Source: Aquificaceae bacterium (GTDB taxonomy: Bacteria > Aquificota > Aquificia > Aquificales > Aquificaceae). Taken from it: 64,000 nt of DNA. Shown piece by piece: positions 59,849 to 64,000 of this stretch (the first letter of the stretch is position 1; every line of letters starts with the position of its first letter). Under the pieces are notes generated by a model, which worked only from the letters and a program-made list of their open reading frames with translations, ran no database searches and was not told the origin of the DNA. Made by a program: the position numbers and the translations under genes. The DNA is taken from NCBI GenBank assembly GCA_025056375.1, contig JANWWH010000001.1, forward strand, positions 2,545 to 66,544, written 5' to 3'.

Positions 59849-60370
59849 TTACAACTTGCCCCTCAGGTATTCTTCCTTATAGCTTATATAGTTCTTTGCG
59901 GATTCCTCTATGAGTTTAAGCTCCTCCTCTTTGAGCTCTCTCACTACCTTTGCGGGAAAACCCGCCACCAGCACCCCGGAGGGAAACCTCTTGCCCGGCG
60001 TCAGGAGGGCACCCGCGCCCACTAAAACCCAATCCTCAATCTCCACACCGTCCATCACCACCGCACCCATGCCTACGAGCACCCGGTTGCCTATCCTGCA
60101 ACCGTGGAGGACAACCCTGTGCCCTACAGTTACATAATCCCCTATAATCGTGGGGTGAGTATCGTGGGTTACGTGCACCACCGAGTTATCCTGTATGTTC
60201 GTCCCCTTACCTATACGGATGTAGTTCACATCTCCCCTCACCACCACACCATACCACAGAGAAGAGTCCTCGCCTATCTCCACATCGCCTATGACTACCG
60301 CGTTCTCCGCAAGGAAAACAGAGGGGTGTATGAGAGGGTTTTTATTTCTGTAGGAAAGCAGGAGAGCCAT
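59849..60370 (-). CDS. Gamma-class carbonic anhydrase family protein
   Basis: VRGDVN, NIQDNSVVH, TVGH, LHG hexapeptide repeats. Confidence 0.92.
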   Translation of the reverse strand: MALLLSYRNKNPLIHPSVFLAENAVVIGDVEIGEDSSLWYGVVVRGDVNYIRIGKGTNIQDNSVVHVTHDTHPTIIGDYVTVGHRVVLHGCRIGNRVLVGMGAVVMDGVEIEDWVLVGAGALLTPGKRFPSGVLVAGFPAKVVRELKEEELKLIEESAKNYISYKEEYLRGKL

Positions 60371-60428
60371 GAAAATATTTTAACCAAGGGCTCTCTGAAG
60401 GTTCTACAGAAGTTGCTACGCTTAACCT

Positions 60429-61196
60429 TCACTCCAGACCATACTTGACGGGTAGCTTAACCATCACTTCCACCGGTGGCTTGGGTAGAAGCCCTGCCAA
60501 TCTTCTGACCGTCTCTACCGCATTTCTGTCCAGAATATCGTAACCCGAGCTTTCCAGAACCCTTACCTCTCTTAAGGAACCGTCCTCTCCAATCCTTATG
60601 GCAAGCACCACCCTTCCTTCCCAGCCCATCCTTCGTGCAAGGGGTGGATAGCTTATGTTCCTTTGCACTATCTGGGATATTGACTGGAGCTTTTCCTTCA
60701 GGTATTGCTCCTTTTGAGTTTCTGGAGAAGTTAGCTTTGCGGTTAGGATTTTTGTAGCCTCTCCTTGACTTTCAAAAGCAGGCGGATGCATGATGGGTGC
60801 GTTTCCTTTCTCCACGGAGCCCAAACCTTCGTTAGGACCGGCTGACCCCTCTTGGATAGGTGCCTCACCCTGACCCATGGCTAAGGTTTCTTCCGTGGTA
60901 GCTTTTTCCTTTTGGGGGGCTTTATGCGCCAGCTTACTTTCTCCTCCTTCAACTCTGCTTTGCCAGAGGTGAGGGTCTTTATGAAACCCCTCCGCCCTAA
61001 CCCTTTCTGGTTTGTAGGGCTTTAGCTCTTCCCTAATGTTCTCAACTTCAGGAGTGGTCTTCTCTGGTTCTTGAAGGGTCAGGTCTATCTCCACCGGCTT
61101 TCTGGCTTCTTGCAGGCTAAGGAGCTGAGAGAGCATAAGAAAAAGAGTGGCATGTATGAGAAAGGAGATAAGGTAAGCCCTAAGGCTGTAGCTCAC
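60429..61196 (-). CDS. tonB: Energy transducer TonB
   Basis: TM with SxxxH-like motif, YPPLARRMGWEGRV, SSGYDILD. Confidence 0.9.
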   Translation of the reverse strand: MSYSLRAYLISFLIHATLFLMLSQLLSLQEARKPVEIDLTLQEPEKTTPEVENIREELKPYKPERVRAEGFHKDPHLWQSRVEGGESKLAHKAPQKEKATTEETLAMGQGEAPIQEGSAGPNEGLGSVEKGNAPIMHPPAFESQGEATKILTAKLTSPETQKEQYLKEKLQSISQIVQRNISYPPLARRMGWEGRVVLAIRIGEDGSLREVRVLESSGYDILDRNAVETVRRLAGLLPKPPVEVMVKLPVKYGLE

Positions 61197-61573
61197 GCTC
61201 CTACCTCCGTCCTTATGGATACCCTCTCAAAACCCTTTCTTTTAAGTATGTCAAGAAGGCTCACTAAACTTTGAAGGTTCGCCTCCCTGTCACCCGCTAT
61301 GATTATCCTCGTGGTTGGCTCGAGGCTTTCGAGTATTTTTTCTAATTCCTTCAGGCTCACCTCCCTTCCTTCGAAGAAGACCCTTCCTTCTTTGGTCAAA
61401 ACTATCTCAAGACTTTTAAGGGCTTCTTCGTGCTTTTTGCTTGCCTTCGGCAGGTTTACGGGGATAGAACCCTGAACCACAAAGGTGGCGGTAATCAGGA
61501 CTATGGTAAGCAACACAAGCATTATGTCCACGAGGGGTATCACGTTTATTGAGCTAAACTCCTTGTCCTCCAT
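61193..61573 (-). CDS. exbD: ExbD
   Basis: [18 protein letters not shown]. Confidence 0.93.
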   Translation of the reverse strand: MEDKEFSSINVIPLVDIMLVLLTIVLITATFVVQGSIPVNLPKASKKHEEALKSLEIVLTKEGRVFFEGREVSLKELEKILESLEPTTRIIIAGDREANLQSLVSLLDILKRKGFERVSIRTEVGA

Positions 61574-61988
61574 TCCTTACTTCCCAGAGCATAACCTTTT
61601 CTTTTACTTTTCTTAGGAGGTAGTTGTATAGAATAGAGGAGGGTATGGCAACCAAAAGCCCCACCGCAGTAGCCTTGAGAGCAAGGGCAAGTCCTACCAT
61701 AACCCTGTTCGTGTCCACAAAACCCTCTTGTCCTACTGTGTAGAAGGTGAGCATAATGCCCAGCACCGTTCCCAGAAGCCCTATGTAAGGTGCATTGGAA
61801 GCCACAGAGGCAAGAAGGAAAAGCCCTTTAGTCAGCTCTATCTCAAGCTCCTGCCGGGTGGAGAAGCTCTTCAGATTGACCCTTCTGTAGAAGAATAGTC
61901 TCTCCACCGCTACACCCAAAGAGAGGAAACTCAGAAACATTAATAGCCCTATCACTCCATAGTCCACAGAAAGCCTGAGCCAGTCCAT
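61554..61988 (-). CDS. exbB: ExbB (short form)
   Basis: [22 protein letters not shown]. Confidence 0.93.
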   Translation of the reverse strand: MDWLRLSVDYGVIGLLMFLSFLSLGVAVERLFFYRRVNLKSFSTRQELEIELTKGLFLLASVASNAPYIGLLGTVLGIMLTFYTVGQEGFVDTNRVMVGLALALKATAVGLLVAIPSSILYNYLLRKVKEKVMLWEVRNGGQGV

Positions 61989-62011
61989 GTAGCTTAATTT
62001 TAACTTAACAT

Positions 62012-62077
62012 TTTAAAAGAAGGGGGGCGGAGCCCCAAAGGGCGCACCATCAAGGACGCACGAGGGAACCTAAGCTG
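62012..62077 (-). ncRNA. Candidate small RNA or attenuator leader upstream of exbB-exbD-tonB
   Basis: TTGAAA-17-TACAAT promoter (62111-62083) followed about 65 nt later by GGGGC-TCC-GCCCC hairpin and CCTTCTTTT; TSS estimated. Confidence 0.5.
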
Positions 62078-62170
62078 TTTTAATTGTAACTATAATTTCA
62101 CATAATTTCAACATGACCCATATCATAGGTTTTTTGTGTTAAAATGCTTAAAAAGCGGAGAGGTGTAAAA

Positions 62171-63433
62171 ATGAAGTGGGAAAATGTCCACCTTTGGGAA
62201 GGAAAGGCAAGGCTTCCGCAAGAAGCTAAGTTCATAAGGCTTAGAGAGGATAAAAGTCTTGAGGTGCCCGATAACCCTGTCATACCCTACATTGAAGGAG
62301 ACGGTATAGGTCCCGAGATTGCGCCTGCCATGATACATGTGGTAAACGCTGCTATGGAAAAAGCTTACGGTGGAAGGAAAAGGATACACTGGGTGGAACT
62401 CTTAGCAGGGGATAAAGCGGAGGAAAAGACGGGCAAACGCATGCCCGAGGAGACCCTTGAGGTCCTAAAAGAAGCTGTAGTTTCCATAAAGGGACCTCTG
62501 GGAACGCCTGTGGGTAAGGGTGGAAAGTCTCTCAACGCCGTCCTTCGTCAGTCCATGGACTTTTACTCCGCCATAAGACCCGTCTACTGGCTCGGTCAGC
62601 CTGCCCCTATACCAGACCCCCAGAGGGTAAATGTGGCGGTCTTTAGGGAAAACTCCGATGATGTTTACATGGCTGTGGAATACATGCCAAAGGCTGAAAA
62701 CACGAAGAAGGTCAGAGAGTTCTTGATAAAGGAAATGGGTGTCTCCGAGTATGCATTGCCCGAGGACTGCGGAATAACGATAAAGCCTATGAGCGAATAC
62801 AAAACAAAGAGGCACGTAAGAAAGGCTTTGCGCTGGGCTTTGGAAAATGGCAAAAAGGTAGTGGCAGTAGTGGGTAAGGGCAACATCATGAAAGCAACTG
62901 AAGGAGCTTTCATAAACTGGGCTTTTGAAGTGGCAAAAGAGCCAGAGTTTGAGGGCAAAGTCATAACAGAGGGAGAGCCCTCCGAGGGTCAGGTGTTAAT
63001 GGTGAGGGTTATAACAGACCAGATGCTCATGCAGTTGGTCCTAAAGCCCGAAGCTTACGATGTGATAGTTACCCAGAACCTTAACGGAGACTACATCTCC
63101 GACCTTGCCTCCGCTCTAGTGGGTGGTCCGGGGTTCGTGCCCAGCGGAAACATAGGAGATGGATACGCCCTCTTTGAGTCTACCCATGGCACTGCCTACG
63201 ACATAGCGGGGAAGGGTGTGGCAAACCCTCTGTCTCTTACCCTCTCAGGTGCTATGATGCTTGAATATCTTGGCTGGAAGGAGCCCGCCTTACTCATTTA
63301 CCAGGCTGTCAAAAGTGCCATAGGGGAAAGGCTTGGCACACCCGACATAGCGGGTGGTTTTAGAAGGATGGGTCTGGAGGCTAAGGAGCTCTCCACGATG
63401 GACTTTGCAAGGGCAATAGCGGAGAGGATGTAA
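62171..63433 (+). CDS. icd: Isocitrate dehydrogenase (reductive TCA, oxalosuccinate reductase type)
   Basis: EGDGIGPEI, KGPLGTP, FRENS, KGNIMK, NLNGDYISD, HGTA; start placed after GGAGAGGTG SD. Confidence 0.95.
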   Translation: MKWENVHLWEGKARLPQEAKFIRLREDKSLEVPDNPVIPYIEGDGIGPEIAPAMIHVVNAAMEKAYGGRKRIHWVELLAGDKAEEKTGKRMPEETLEVLKEAVVSIKGPLGTPVGKGGKSLNAVLRQSMDFYSAIRPVYWLGQPAPIPDPQRVNVAVFRENSDDVYMAVEYMPKAENTKKVREFLIKEMGVSEYALPEDCGITIKPMSEYKTKRHVRKALRWALENGKKVVAVVGKGNIMKATEGAFINWAFEVAKEPEFEGKVITEGEPSEGQVLMVRVITDQMLMQLVLKPEAYDVIVTQNLNGDYISDLASALVGGPGFVPSGNIGDGYALFESTHGTAYDIAGKGVANPLSLTLSGAMMLEYLGWKEPALLIYQAVKSAIGERLGTPDIAGGFRRMGLEAKELSTMDFARAIAERM

Positions 63434-63457
63434 AGGCTACATCTGGGCGTAGAAGCT

Positions 63458-64000
63458 TTAGAATCTGAAAAATTCCTTTATCTTGCGCACTATCTTCTCC
63501 GCAGTAAAGCCAAAGTAGTCCATAAGTGTATCACCGGGCGCGCATTTGCCAAAGGTATCAAGACCCAAGACAAGACCTTCGGACCCCACATACTTATACC
63601 AGCAGGTGCTCCTTCCTGCCTCTACCGCTACCCTTTTTCTTACCTCCGAGGGCAGTAGCGAGCTTTTGTAGCTCTCTCCCTGCTCTTCAAAAAGCTCAAA
63701 ACTTGCCATGTTTATAACCCTGACGCTTAAACCCTCCGAACGCAAGAGCTCACCCGCTTTCAGAACAGGATGCACCTCTGACCCGCTGGCAAGGATTATG
63801 AGCTCTGGAAGACCCTCGCATTCAAGAAGCACATAAGCACCCTTTTTAATGCTCTCCGCAGGCGGGTATTTAGAGCGGTCAATAAGGGGCACTTTCTGCC
63901 TTGTGAGCACTAAGGCGGTAGGTCCTTTCTTTCTCTGTATGGCTATTTCCCAAGCTACCGCGGTCTCGTTGGCGTCCGCAGGTCTTACAACCCAAAGGTT
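63458..64000 (-). CDS. tkt: Transketolase, C-terminal part (runs off the window end)
   Basis: VRPADANET, LTRQ, ASGSEV, VEAG, FGFT; frame open to 64000. Confidence 0.93.
   Translation of the reverse strand, partial: NLWVVRPADANETAVAWEIAIQRKKGPTALVLTRQKVPLIDRSKYPPAESIKKGAYVLLECEGLPELIILASGSEVHPVLKAGELLRSEGLSVRVINMASFELFEEQGESYKSSLLPSEVRKRVAVEAGRSTCWYKYVGSEGLVLGLDTFGKCAPGDTLMDYFGFTAEKIVRKIKEFFRF

Noticed and set aside
62004-62054. 16-codon ORF ([16 protein letters not shown]) within the exbB leader
   Set aside because: No SD and no telling codon run; the non-coding RNA interpretation fits better, although a leader peptide is not formally excluded.

Overview
A densely packed bacterial chromosome segment with about 60 CDS and very short or overlapping intergenic regions. 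It is most likely from a thermophilic Aquificota member (Aquificaceae, Hydrogenobacter/Thermocrinis-like). This is inferred from recognisable family markers: metal-independent phosphoserine phosphatase PspA, a citryl-CoA synthetase small subunit-like protein, isocitrate dehydrogenase, a short sigma54 and HspR-DnaJ. Most of the window is housekeeping (pdxA, prmA, dnaJ, proB, kdsA, purF, rpoN, hemN, rpoD, tadA, nusB, ribH, panC, glgA, nadC, dnaE, serS, ileS, icd, tkt, TonB-ExbBD). I found no rRNA, tRNA, CRISPR array, integrase or transposase. The standout is an accessory two-gene operon at 31348-36763 (- strand), between a biotin carboxylase gene and moeB. It encodes a 1026-aa N-terminal RecB-like PD-(D/E)XK nuclease fused to an SF2 helicase, translationally coupled to a 783-aa protein whose C-terminal half carries recognisable but highly diverged Argonaute MID and PIWI signatures and lacks a clean catalytic tetrad. 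It looks like a DdmDE- or pPIWI-RE-like guide-directed defence system with a different domain order. Other leads are a promoter-plus-terminator small RNA or attenuator upstream of exbBD-tonB, a pervasive -10-box/6-8 nt/ATG leaderless gene-start pattern, unannotated small ORFs (ahead of rpoD and after serS), a LipS2-like radical SAM gene with two promoter palindromes, and an ODP oxygen-sensor gene with an FNR-like palindrome. All assignments are by eye from motifs; no database search was run.
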